Shown here piece by piece: positions 36,438 through 45,711 of a stretch of DNA of 64,000 bases; within the stretch, counting starts at the first letter, position 1, and the number at the start of each line of letters is the position of its first letter. The notes under the pieces are model-generated. The model was given only the letters and a program-made list of their open reading frames with translations. It did no database searches and was not told where the DNA came from. The stretch lies in contig CAZAUE010000002.1 in the NCBI GenBank assembly GCA_964488565.1, forward strand, positions 40,048 through 104,047. The letters run 5' to 3'. A program made the position numbers and the translations under genes. The DNA comes from an uncultured Candidatus Saccharibacteria bacterium (GTDB taxonomy: Bacteria; Patescibacteriota; Minisyncoccia; 2-02-FULL-40-12; GWA2-44-9).

Positions 36438-38444
36438 GTGGTAATGTCAGATATAAACATGGAAGAAATATTCAAGAATTTAAATGACAAACAGATAGAA
36501 GCCGTGAAAGCCGTTGAGGGTCCGGTTTTAGTCATTTCAGGTCCTGGTTCAGGTAAAACTCGATGCCTAACTCACAGGGTGGCTTATTTAATTTCTCAGG
36601 GAATAAGGCCTGATAATATTTTGGCCATAACTTTTACAAACAAAGCATCAAACGAAATGAAGGAGAGGATTAATGTACTACTCAACCAAGAAAATAAACC
36701 TTCTTTCGGTCGAATGGGTCAACCGGTAATCGGCACATTTCATTCAGTCTGCTTAAGAATATTAAGGAGAGAAATTACCATCTTAGGATATAAATCAAAC
36801 TTCTCAATTTTTGATACTAATGACCAGCTAAGCCTAATAAAAAAAGTAATGACTGGTTTGGAAATAGATTCCAAAAGATATAACCCTCGTTTGGTATTAA
36901 ATAAAATTTCCAAACTTAAAACAGATTTAATTTTCCCAGAGAACTACAACCCAACAGAATTTTTCACAAAAATTGTTTCACGAGTCTATAATGGCTACCA
37001 AGATGAGTTAAAAAAGATGAACGGTTTAGACTTTGATGATTTAATTGTTTTAACTGTTAAAATTTTCAAACAAAATCCGGAAATATTGGAAAAATATCAA
37101 AGTTTTTGGAAATACATCCTCGTGGACGAATATCAAGATACCAGTCATGACCAGTATACATTAGTAAAACTATTATCGGCCAAGGACAAGAACATCTTCG
37201 CCATAGGTGATGACGCTCAATCAATTTATGCTTTTCGTGATGCTGACATAAGAAATATTTTAAATTTTCAAAAAGATTATCCTGATGCTCAGGTTATTTT
37301 TCTTGAACAAAACTATCGCTCAACCAAGAACATACTAGCCGCAGCTCAAAATCTTATCTCAAATAACCAAGCTCGTGTTCCTAAAGAATTATGGACCGAA
37401 AACACGAAAGGGGAGAAGATCTATGTTAAAGAAACTCTCAACGAACGAGATGAGGCTGAATTTGTGGTTGATAAAATAGATGAACTAATGGAATCGGGTT
37501 ACAAGATTCAGGATTTTACAATTCTATATCGCACTCATGCCCAATCAAGAGCTATTGAGGAGGGCTTAATCACCAGAGGATTTCCGTATCAAATCGTGGG
37601 CGGTATCAGATTCTACGAAAGGAAAGAGATTAAAGACATTCTGTCTTACCTTAAATTTATGGTTAATCCAACTGATTTAATGAGTCTTGAGAGGATATAC
37701 AATGTCCCAACAAGAGGGATCGGCGAAACAACTTTCAACAAAATCACTGCAATTGATGCGCCTGACCTAATTCAATCAATCGGGATACTTGCCAAAGAGA
37801 GGGGCGACACCAAGCAAGCCAGATCTTTAAATGAATTTGAAAAACTCCTAACCGATCTATCTGAAAGAAAAAATGATAAAAATTTAACTTCCGTCATAAA
37901 GTACATAATCAAAAGAATTGACTATGAAGATTATCTGAAGAGTTTAGTTGCAAAAAAAGAACTCTACGACAACGTTGAGGACAAAATGGAAAACTTAAAA
38001 GAACTTTTAACTGTTTCAAAAAAATACGACCTACTAAAAGGCGAAGAGGGGATAGAAAAGTTTCTCGAAGAAATAGCCCTGCTCCAGGAAACAGACAAAA
38101 TGAAGGCTTCTGCTGACAGAATCACACTCATGACAGTTCACTCATCAAAAGGCTTGGAATTTCCTGTTGTTTTTATTGCCGGAATGGAAGAGGGTCTTTT
38201 TCCACACAGCAGAGCGACATTGGTGCCATTGGAACTGGAAGAAGAACGTCGTCTTTGTTATGTGGCTATTACAAGGGCAAAAGATCGCTTGGTCATGACT
38301 CATGCCAAATACCGAACCATTTATGGTACCACTCAAACCAACCTGCCCTCGCGATTTATTTATGAAATACCCAAAGACGTTCTTCATGTTCAACCATTAT
38401 TTGAAAGCATTAGTCGTTATGATGAGGATATTATAGAATACTAG
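36438..38444 (+). CDS. pcrA: ATP-dependent DNA helicase UvrD/PcrA family
   Basis: Motif I GPGSGKT, motif II DEYQD, and the later motifs through TVHSSKGLEF...VAITRAK. 668 aa. Confidence 0.9.
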   Translation: MVMSDINMEEIFKNLNDKQIEAVKAVEGPVLVISGPGSGKTRCLTHRVAYLISQGIRPDNILAITFTNKASNEMKERINVLLNQENKPSFGRMGQPVIGTFHSVCLRILRREITILGYKSNFSIFDTNDQLSLIKKVMTGLEIDSKRYNPRLVLNKISKLKTDLIFPENYNPTEFFTKIVSRVYNGYQDELKKMNGLDFDDLIVLTVKIFKQNPEILEKYQSFWKYILVDEYQDTSHDQYTLVKLLSAKDKNIFAIGDDAQSIYAFRDADIRNILNFQKDYPDAQVIFLEQNYRSTKNILAAAQNLISNNQARVPKELWTENTKGEKIYVKETLNERDEAEFVVDKIDELMESGYKIQDFTILYRTHAQSRAIEEGLITRGFPYQIVGGIRFYERKEIKDILSYLKFMVNPTDLMSLERIYNVPTRGIGETTFNKITAIDAPDLIQSIGILAKERGDTKQARSLNEFEKLLTDLSERKNDKNLTSVIKYIIKRIDYEDYLKSLVAKKELYDNVEDKMENLKELLTVSKKYDLLKGEEGIEKFLEEIALLQETDKMKASADRITLMTVHSSKGLEFPVVFIAGMEEGLFPHSRATLVPLELEEERRLCYVAITRAKDRLVMTHAKYRTIYGTTQTNLPSRFIYEIPKDVLHVQPLFESISRYDEDIIEY

Positions 38445-38445
38445 A

Positions 38446-39189
38446 ATGGAAATAAATCCTAAAAAATCACTGGGTCAAAACTTTTTAATAAATGCTGGCG
38501 TATTAGAAAAGATTGTTGATGCAGCAGAAATAACTAAAGAGGATACGGTCTTAGAAGTTGGTCCCGGAACAGGAAATCTAACTAAACTAATATCCGAAAG
38601 AGCCGGTAGCGTTGTGGCAATTGAAAAAGATTACCGATTAATAGAAGACCTCAAACTAAAATTTCCTGCCATCAAATTGATTGAGGATGATATCCTTAAA
38701 TTTAAACCGGAAGAACATGGCCTAAAAGATAACGCCTACAAAATTGTTGCCAATATTCCTTACTATTTAACTTCAAATTTACTGAGGATCATCTTTGAAA
38801 AATGGCCTAGGCCAAAATTAATAGTTTTAACTATTCAAAAAGAAGTTGCCCAAAGAATCATTGCCAAATCTCCTGACATGAACTTACTTGCTCTATCAAT
38901 CCAACTTTATTCAGAGCCTAAAATAATTGGATATATCTCTAAGGGCAGTTTTCGCCCCATACCTAAAGTAGACTCGGCAATCATTAAGCTAACACCCAAA
39001 GAGGGGACAAACACGGAAGACAATGAAAAAGTTATTGAGGTTGCAAAAAAAGCTTTTGCTGGTAAAAGAAAACAACTACAAAACACTCTCTCGGAAATAA
39101 ATCTTGAATCTCTTGGAATCAATCCCAAGTCTAGGCCAGAGGAACTTTCTATCTCTGATTGGCTAAAAATGGCTGAGGATAGCTTTTAG
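38446..39189 (+). CDS. rsmA: 16S rRNA (adenine1518/1519-N6) dimethyltransferase RsmA/KsgA
   Basis: LGQNFLIN...VLEVGPGTGNLT SAM-binding motifs. 247 aa. Confidence 0.9.
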   Translation: MEINPKKSLGQNFLINAGVLEKIVDAAEITKEDTVLEVGPGTGNLTKLISERAGSVVAIEKDYRLIEDLKLKFPAIKLIEDDILKFKPEEHGLKDNAYKIVANIPYYLTSNLLRIIFEKWPRPKLIVLTIQKEVAQRIIAKSPDMNLLALSIQLYSEPKIIGYISKGSFRPIPKVDSAIIKLTPKEGTNTEDNEKVIEVAKKAFAGKRKQLQNTLSEINLESLGINPKSRPEELSISDWLKMAEDSF

Positions 39190-39204
39190 TGCTAAGATTA
39201 ATAG

Positions 39205-39765
39205 ATGAATCGTCGTCTCACTACAGTAATTGTTTTATTAGGAGTTGTGGTTCTGTTTGTTCCAAGGAGCACTCAAGCTGCCAACCCGTTCAGTATCTTT
39301 AAAATTATCGGTACAATAAATGATGCGGTCCGTTCAGCACAAATCCCTAGTGGCCCATCAGCATTGGCTCCTTTTGGAGGGAGAATAACAGAAAGCGGGA
39401 CGGCATGTAAGCTGAATTACTGGACAGGATATCCCATTCCCTTTTTTCCTTTTTATGTTACTCACCCAGGACCACCCATTCCTCTTTTTGGAACAAAAAT
39501 TAGTGTAAGTCGTCCAGGAATTCCGGTATCGGATGTTTTCACATTCCCAGGTATCACCAAAATTTACCCCAATCACAATGAGGACAAGGTGGGGAAATGG
39601 ACACTTGGTCAGGTTTATAGGACTAATTTTATGGGACCACTCATAGACAAAATAAACTCTACCCTAAGCTCAATGCCTCCTATAGTGGTTGGGCCAGTAA
39701 CCTTTTATAATTTTAGTTTAAGTTGCCCAGACGGTAAGGCAATCTTCAAGATTGGCACAAGTTAA
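39205..39765 (+). CDS. secreted hypothetical protein, first gene of the T4SS-like operon
   Basis: Signal peptide MNRRLTTVIVLLGVVVLFVPRSTQA. Pro/Gly-rich mature part. No recognisable family. Confidence 0.45.
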   Translation: MNRRLTTVIVLLGVVVLFVPRSTQAANPFSIFKIIGTINDAVRSAQIPSGPSALAPFGGRITESGTACKLNYWTGYPIPFFPFYVTHPGPPIPLFGTKISVSRPGIPVSDVFTFPGITKIYPNHNEDKVGKWTLGQVYRTNFMGPLIDKINSTLSSMPPIVVGPVTFYNFSLSCPDGKAIFKIGTS

Positions 39766-39814
39766 CATATCAACACTCTTATTGTTGGTTTAGTGCTATA
39801 ATTAGGGCACAGAA

Positions 39815-40732
39815 ATGGCAAATAAATTCAAACTTTTTGTCGGTTTTTTGGCATTGATAGCCCTATTTTCGGTTTACAGTTTCTTCAATTCTTTTAGCTC
39901 TCCTTCTCCGATTACAAAAACCGCAAACATGCTCCAAAATTCTACATCCTTTAAGGTTGATGCCGATACAGATAAAGATGGTTTAACCAATCGAGACGAA
40001 TCCTATTGGAACACAGATTTTCAAAACCCCGATACTGATGGTGATGGATTTTTAGATGGAGAAGAAGTTTCATCCGGCCATGATCCTTTAATCCCTAGCC
40101 CAAACGACCTTTTAAATACTGGCAACACGACATACAAACTATCAAATCTCACACTCTCTGGTCTTTATGAAGGTTCTCTTGCTCCGAATAATCCAAATTA
40201 CAACAAATCCATATATGACATGGCACTTGCAGTTATGGATGATGCCTCCAGCGAGTTAAGCTCTAAAATTTCTCCTGAAAAAATAAAGACCTCAAAATCC
40301 AACAAAGAAAACCAGGAAAAATACATTAGGGAGATATCTCCTCTAATCGAGCAGATGTTCTCAGCTTATGTATTTGAGTTAAATAAAATTGCAAGCGACT
40401 TCAATAATTCAGAACTATCTAACTCAGACGATCAAATAATTGAATTTTTCAAGAATCAATCTGAACAATATGATGAGTATCTCAACACAGCACTAAACAT
40501 CGTCCCGCCTAAAAATTGGGAGTCTGATCATGTTGGGCTTTTAAAACTTCTTGAAGACCTAAAAAATGTTCATGCGGCAATCTTTAAAAATAATACTGAC
40601 CCGATCACAGCACTTGTTGCAATGAATCGACTCAGTGGTCTTTTGGAAATAATCCCCAAAATAACACTATCTTACGCTGAAAAAGTTGAGGTTGAAAAAA
40701 TAAAAACCGAATCAACTATTTTCCACAAATGA
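39815..40732 (+). CDS. secreted/membrane-anchored protein with thrombospondin type-3-like Ca-binding repeats
   Basis: N-terminal hydrophobic segment. DADTDKDGLTNRDE...DTDGDGFLDGEE repeats (DxDxDG). Remainder helical. Stop overlaps the next start (ATGA). Confidence 0.5.
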   Translation: MANKFKLFVGFLALIALFSVYSFFNSFSSPSPITKTANMLQNSTSFKVDADTDKDGLTNRDESYWNTDFQNPDTDGDGFLDGEEVSSGHDPLIPSPNDLLNTGNTTYKLSNLTLSGLYEGSLAPNNPNYNKSIYDMALAVMDDASSELSSKISPEKIKTSKSNKENQEKYIREISPLIEQMFSAYVFELNKIASDFNNSELSNSDDQIIEFFKNQSEQYDEYLNTALNIVPPKNWESDHVGLLKLLEDLKNVHAAIFKNNTDPITALVAMNRLSGLLEIIPKITLSYAEKVEVEKIKTESTIFHK

Positions 40733-42282
40733 GAGTAATCTTTTTAAAAACAATTACCTGCTTACTCTTTGTTATTCTTATTTATCCCAACAACACCGCA
40801 TTTGCAGCACCAACGGTTGGTTCAATTTCTGTGGGTGCCGCTAGATTTGGTGCTTGCTCCATAGGAGGAAAAATATCTCCCTACTTAAGCCAAGTATTGG
40901 ATGACGGCTACAAAAATCTCAATAAAGGAATAAATAAAATTATCGCCCGAATTCCTGGATTATCTAGAATACCAGGTATCGGAGGATTGGCTGGTGGGGT
41001 TCTCGGTGGAGATTCTGTTCCGGTCAATGATGCTGGTTTAAATACTATTCAAAGCAGGCTTTTGGCAAAAGAAACTTCTGGTGACATTGCAACCAGATGC
41101 GCTTCTATGGAGGTTTTGAATTTTATGAACACAAGCATAAATGATCTAGCCAGAAATAGTGGTAGAAATGGCGGAGCGTCCTGGATTAGAAATTGGAGAA
41201 ACTTTCAAACCGACTCCCAATACAGAGGAGAGGGAATATTTAGAGCGATGCTTTCAAATACAAAACTTTGCGATTACTTTAGCGGTGACCTTAAGGGGTT
41301 ATTTGGAGCAACAACACCAACGGCTGCACCCAGAAATACCAGAACAGGCAATCTTGATCCCTACGCCCTTCGTGCTAATTGCACTATGCCCTCAGGTTTT
41401 AATTTAACCAATTATCAGAACGATTTTTCTGGAAATGGTGGTTGGAATGCTTTTTCGAGAATGCTTGAACCACAAAATAATTACTATGGAGCTTTGTTCG
41501 GGGCTTTAGATGAGGTGTCCAAGCAAAGATCGTTAGAGGAGTCGGCTGATTTAAACCAAGTTATAGCAAACAGGGGTTTCACTGGAAGGAGTGGTGGAAA
41601 TGCAGCTGAAAGTTGCTCTTCAAGAGACCCAAGTGGTAAATGTCTTAGCTACAACGACATAAAGACACCCGGAAGTGTAATCGCAGATAGTATTGCCGCA
41701 TCAATAAAAACAGAACTTGATGTGGCTGTTTCGGCAGATGAAATAAGTGAACTAATAAGCACCGCCACCGATGTTTTAATAAACAGATTAAAAGACCTTG
41801 GTAATCCTAATGAAGGTGAGTACTTATCATATACACCTCCCGAAGTGTCTGAAGAAGCACCACCCGGAGGTGGTGGTCGTTGTGCTGGAACAAGCACGGG
41901 TCCAATCTATGAGGGAGCTCTTGATGGTGCAATTAGTGCTGTTATTACTGCCAATCCGGGAGGAATAGCCGATGAACTTAACACCGCCAATAATGGTTTT
42001 GTTTTTCTAAGCTATTTAGGCCCAGAACTAGAGCGAAGAGGATTTAACGCTACCGCTACGGTCTTGAATGGAAATGACAATCCCAACCAAGGAGATTTAA
42101 TTGCGCTTCAGAGACCAAACGAGCCGGAATGGGAACGATATGATGTAATTGTTAATTCCGGAGCAGGAGATGCTCCACTAAGGACAGTGGTCGGTACTGA
42201 CTATGTAGGCACCATTCCTTTGAGTTGTGTTACGGGTGGTAGTGGTGGTGGTGGAACACCAACTCCTGAACCGGCATTTTAA
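40729..42282 (+). CDS. large secreted Cys-containing hypothetical protein
   Basis: Signal peptide ending NNTAFA|AP. 517 aa. Gly-rich segments and a C-terminal GGSGGGGTPTPEPAF tail. Translationally coupled to the flanking genes. Confidence 0.45.
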   Translation: MRVIFLKTITCLLFVILIYPNNTAFAAPTVGSISVGAARFGACSIGGKISPYLSQVLDDGYKNLNKGINKIIARIPGLSRIPGIGGLAGGVLGGDSVPVNDAGLNTIQSRLLAKETSGDIATRCASMEVLNFMNTSINDLARNSGRNGGASWIRNWRNFQTDSQYRGEGIFRAMLSNTKLCDYFSGDLKGLFGATTPTAAPRNTRTGNLDPYALRANCTMPSGFNLTNYQNDFSGNGGWNAFSRMLEPQNNYYGALFGALDEVSKQRSLEESADLNQVIANRGFTGRSGGNAAESCSSRDPSGKCLSYNDIKTPGSVIADSIAASIKTELDVAVSADEISELISTATDVLINRLKDLGNPNEGEYLSYTPPEVSEEAPPGGGGRCAGTSTGPIYEGALDGAISAVITANPGGIADELNTANNGFVFLSYLGPELERRGFNATATVLNGNDNPNQGDLIALQRPNEPEWERYDVIVNSGAGDAPLRTVVGTDYVGTIPLSCVTGGSGGGGTPTPEPAF

Positions 42283-44741
42283 TGATAAAAATAAAACTAT
42301 CAAAACTTAGTTTATTATTTGTACTAATCGCGGTGAGCGCAATGGTTTTGCTTCCAACACATCCAGTTAATGCCGCGTGTATTGCTGGATTTTTCCCCAT
42401 AACAGACTGCATTCTTGTGGGAACATCCTATCTTGTTTATTTAGTATTCACGATAGTTGGTCAAGGCATCGCTGCTCTGGTTGGGGTTCTTCAGTGGGTT
42501 ATAAATCTTCCTGTTTACCCAGCTGACGGCCAGAGAATCGCTGTTATTGATGAAAGTTGGAAAATAATGAGAGACTTTGCCAACATGTTTTTCATCTTAG
42601 CTCTTATTCTGATGGCGTTTGCAACTATTTTTGACGTTCTTCCTGGAGCGGCTAAATATAATGCTCGGGCTTTGTTCGGTAAATTTATTTTTACAGCACT
42701 TCTTATAAATTTCAGTCTAGTGCTCGGGGTTATGGTTATTCAAGGAACTCAAGTTCTAAATAATACATTTCTGACATCAATAGGGGACATGTCTAGTCAA
42801 TTGGGGCAAGCATTAAATCCGTCACTTTTACTTCCAAATATTAGTTCCGCAACAATTTCCCAAGCAGTAGATCAGGGCTTGTTTGGATCTCTTATTTCAC
42901 TAGTATTTGCTGTTGTTTTGGCTTTTACTTTTTTATTCAGTCTTTTGACAGCAGTTATCTTTTCCTTCATTAGAATTCCGATTCTCTGGGCCCTGTTAGT
43001 GATTTCACCGATTGCCTGGATTTTAAATATTTTTCCGGCAGGAGAAGGTATGTTTAAAAAATGGTGGAGTACATTCATAGGTTGGAATATGTTTCTTCCA
43101 ATCTTTCTGTTTTTCCTTTATTTCGGTCTTTATTTCCTTAAGAGCCAAGGCACCACAATGCAGGCAATAGCAGGAAGCTCTGGTACTGGTACTATTCTGG
43201 GTGACACTGTCACAAGTTTCACTTTTCAAATGTTGTTCATGTATGTCATGGCAGGAATATTCTTAATTGGTGGAACAATCGTCGCCATGAAAGCATCTAT
43301 GTTGTCTGGAACTGGAGTGCTGGGAATTGCGAAGTGGTCACGAGGAAAAGCGGCGCGCTGGACAGGATTAACCGGAGCAAATCAAGCTTGGCAGGAAAAG
43401 AGAAAAGAAATTGAAGGAGGAGAGGGGAGATTGGGCAGAATTTTTGGTGGTCCACCGATGGGACTTGAGTCATCCAGAAGACTGCTCGGTGTCAGAGGAG
43501 GAGATTACAAAACCCAAAAGGAATTCGTTGATAGGGCTGGAAAAGAATATGACCTTATTCAAAATCAATATGACACTGGCAAAATTAGTGTTAATGACAT
43601 AGTTGCCCGAGCTAGCCAAGGAAGTGCTACTAATCCAGAGACATACGCCTACAGAAAAATGGCTGCCAAAATGGGTAAACTTACTGATCCTATTTTTGAA
43701 AAAACAGTTAACGACTTGTCGGAAAATCCTTATGCTCTGCAAGACTTTATTAAAACAGCCAAAGAGGGCAAGTTTTCCGATGTTGGTGCTGGTACAATAC
43801 TTGATTTTGCCTCTCGACAAGGTGGTTTTGCGAATACCGGACCCAATGCACTTCCAGGTAGACGAGAAACATATAGACACATTCAGTCTAATGCCAAAAT
43901 AATGTCTAATCCGAGATTTGGTCAAAGTGAATTCAATCAAGGTGTAGACATTTTTGGCGGACATACAACCGCTGAAGGTCAAAGCTTCTTAGAAGATGTT
44001 GGCAAAACCAGACCTGACTTGGTCATAGATTACAATATGGGAAATGAGGATGTAATGAGAAAGATAAACGATAGAAGGAGAGAAGAGGGTAAAAATCCAG
44101 TTACTCGTTCAGAAATGTTTGATGGTTATATTAAAGACGCAAAAGATATCGCCAACCTTCCCAAGACTGTGTGGACAAATCAAGACTTTCAAAAAGCTCT
44201 CGAAAGAAAACTGTCTTTCGGTAGCCCCAAGGCTCAAAGAAATTTCCGAAACCGTATCATTGATAACCTTAGGACTGCCATGAACGGCGAGGACAAGAAA
44301 AATATTTTAAACACATTGTCAGGAGCTAGAGATGATGGACAAACACCAGACAATGACAACTTTGGAGAAGACGACTTGGATTTAGATAACGATGAAACTC
44401 CACCAACAGGGGGTGGTCCTGGTCCAACAACACCGCCAACCCCAACAACTCCTCGAACTAACAATGTAAACCCTAACAACGTCGTTAATTTAAGAAACCC
44501 CACAACTCAAAACACTAGGGGGTCAGGATGGCTATCTGATGTACAACAAAACATTGAGAGGCTCGGCAAACAAGAATTTACACTTGAAGATGCGTATAGT
44601 TTTGAGGGCGAACTAAGCACACTTCATCCTGAAAATAAATTTGTAAAAGATAAAATCCGACAACAACTACAGGTTCTACGTGATAAAGGATACCTTGAAT
44701 TTACTGGCCCAGGAAAATACCGAATAAAAAATAGCCCATGA
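42282..44741 (+). CDS. VirB6/TrbL-like polytopic membrane protein with large C-terminal hydrophilic extension
   Basis: N-terminal signal or TM segment plus about 7 further TM helices over about 330 aa (the VirB6/TrbL architecture). Then a roughly 450-aa soluble domain containing a PT-rich linker (GGGPGPTTPPTPTTP). Position immediately upstream of VirB3-like and VirB4 genes. Confidence 0.5.
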   Translation: MIKIKLSKLSLLFVLIAVSAMVLLPTHPVNAACIAGFFPITDCILVGTSYLVYLVFTIVGQGIAALVGVLQWVINLPVYPADGQRIAVIDESWKIMRDFANMFFILALILMAFATIFDVLPGAAKYNARALFGKFIFTALLINFSLVLGVMVIQGTQVLNNTFLTSIGDMSSQLGQALNPSLLLPNISSATISQAVDQGLFGSLISLVFAVVLAFTFLFSLLTAVIFSFIRIPILWALLVISPIAWILNIFPAGEGMFKKWWSTFIGWNMFLPIFLFFLYFGLYFLKSQGTTMQAIAGSSGTGTILGDTVTSFTFQMLFMYVMAGIFLIGGTIVAMKASMLSGTGVLGIAKWSRGKAARWTGLTGANQAWQEKRKEIEGGEGRLGRIFGGPPMGLESSRRLLGVRGGDYKTQKEFVDRAGKEYDLIQNQYDTGKISVNDIVARASQGSATNPETYAYRKMAAKMGKLTDPIFEKTVNDLSENPYALQDFIKTAKEGKFSDVGAGTILDFASRQGGFANTGPNALPGRRETYRHIQSNAKIMSNPRFGQSEFNQGVDIFGGHTTAEGQSFLEDVGKTRPDLVIDYNMGNEDVMRKINDRRREEGKNPVTRSEMFDGYIKDAKDIANLPKTVWTNQDFQKALERKLSFGSPKAQRNFRNRIIDNLRTAMNGEDKKNILNTLSGARDDGQTPDNDNFGEDDLDLDNDETPPTGGGPGPTTPPTPTTPRTNNVNPNNVVNLRNPTTQNTRGSGWLSDVQQNIERLGKQEFTLEDAYSFEGELSTLHPENKFVKDKIRQQLQVLRDKGYLEFTGPGKYRIKNSP

Positions 44742-45046
44742 GATTTCAATTACCACAATTTATTGAGACAGAGACCAAAATAATTGGTCCGTTTACTCTT
44801 CAACAATTCCTGTGGATTGCCGGCGGGGTAGCTTTCATTTTTTTGTTCTATACTTTAATCAAGGGGGTTTTATTCTTCTTTCTTGCAATTCCGGTGGCTG
44901 TAATTTTCGGAGCCCTGGCCTTTGTTAAAATAGATGGCGTTCCGCTTATTGTTTATGCATCTTATAGTATTTCTTATTTCACGAATCCCAAAAAATATGT
45001 TTTCAAAAAAGACGATGAGGGTATAAAAGATTACACTAAGCAATAG
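44738..45046 (+). CDS. VirB3-like small two-TM membrane protein
   Basis: 102 aa with two hydrophobic helices. Encoded directly upstream of the VirB4 ATPase, as VirB3/PrgI-type proteins are. Confidence 0.4.
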   Translation: MRFQLPQFIETETKIIGPFTLQQFLWIAGGVAFIFLFYTLIKGVLFFFLAIPVAVIFGALAFVKIDGVPLIVYASYSISYFTNPKKYVFKKDDEGIKDYTKQ

Positions 45047-45054
45047 ATACAAGC

Positions 45055-45711
45055 ATGGCAACCCAATCCACCAAACAATTAGTCGAAATTTCTAACATCA
45101 TAGACAATGTTGTTTTACTAAAAAACGGATCATTAAGATCTGTGATTGAGGTTACAGCAATAAACTTTGAGCTCCGCTCAGAAGGGGAGCAGATAGCCAT
45201 TCTTCAGAATTTTCAACGATTTGTAAATTCAATAGATTTTCCACTTCAGATAGTAATTAACTCCAGAAAGTTAAACATAGACGAGTATGTTAAGTTTGTT
45301 GAAAAATCTTCAGGCGAACTTACCAATGAATTGTTAAAAATACAGGCCACGGAGTATTCCAAATTCATTAAGGAGCTTTCCGACCTTTCTAATATCATGT
45401 CCAAGAAATTCTATATTGTTATACCTTTCTATGTTTTTGAGGCGCCTTCAAAGGCGGGGATAACCCAAAGCTTAAAAAGTATATTCAAACCCTCTACTGT
45501 TGCAAAAGAGCTTACTCCAGAACAATTGGAAACCTACAAAAGCCAACTTCTTCAAAGAACTGAACTGATTTTTGATGGCTTGGTTGGAATGGGACTAAAA
45601 ACAAGAACATTAGAAAAGGATGACTTAATGAATCTTTTCTATGGACTATATAATCCATCCACTAAAAGCGATTTTAAAAGCACTGAAGATAACACGCTAG
45701 ACTTAAAATAA
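45055..45711 (+). CDS. VirB4/TraC-type ATPase, N-terminal domain (separate ORF)
   Basis: IIDNVVLLKNGSLRSVIEVTAINFELRSEGEQIAILQNFQRFVNSIDFPLQIVI resembles the N-terminal domain of Gram-positive-type VirB4 (ConE/PrgJ/TcpF-like). Ends in TAATG overlapping the next start in a different frame. Confidence 0.6.
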   Translation: MATQSTKQLVEISNIIDNVVLLKNGSLRSVIEVTAINFELRSEGEQIAILQNFQRFVNSIDFPLQIVINSRKLNIDEYVKFVEKSSGELTNELLKIQATEYSKFIKELSDLSNIMSKKFYIVIPFYVFEAPSKAGITQSLKSIFKPSTVAKELTPEQLETYKSQLLQRTELIFDGLVGMGLKTRTLEKDDLMNLFYGLYNPSTKSDFKSTEDNTLDLK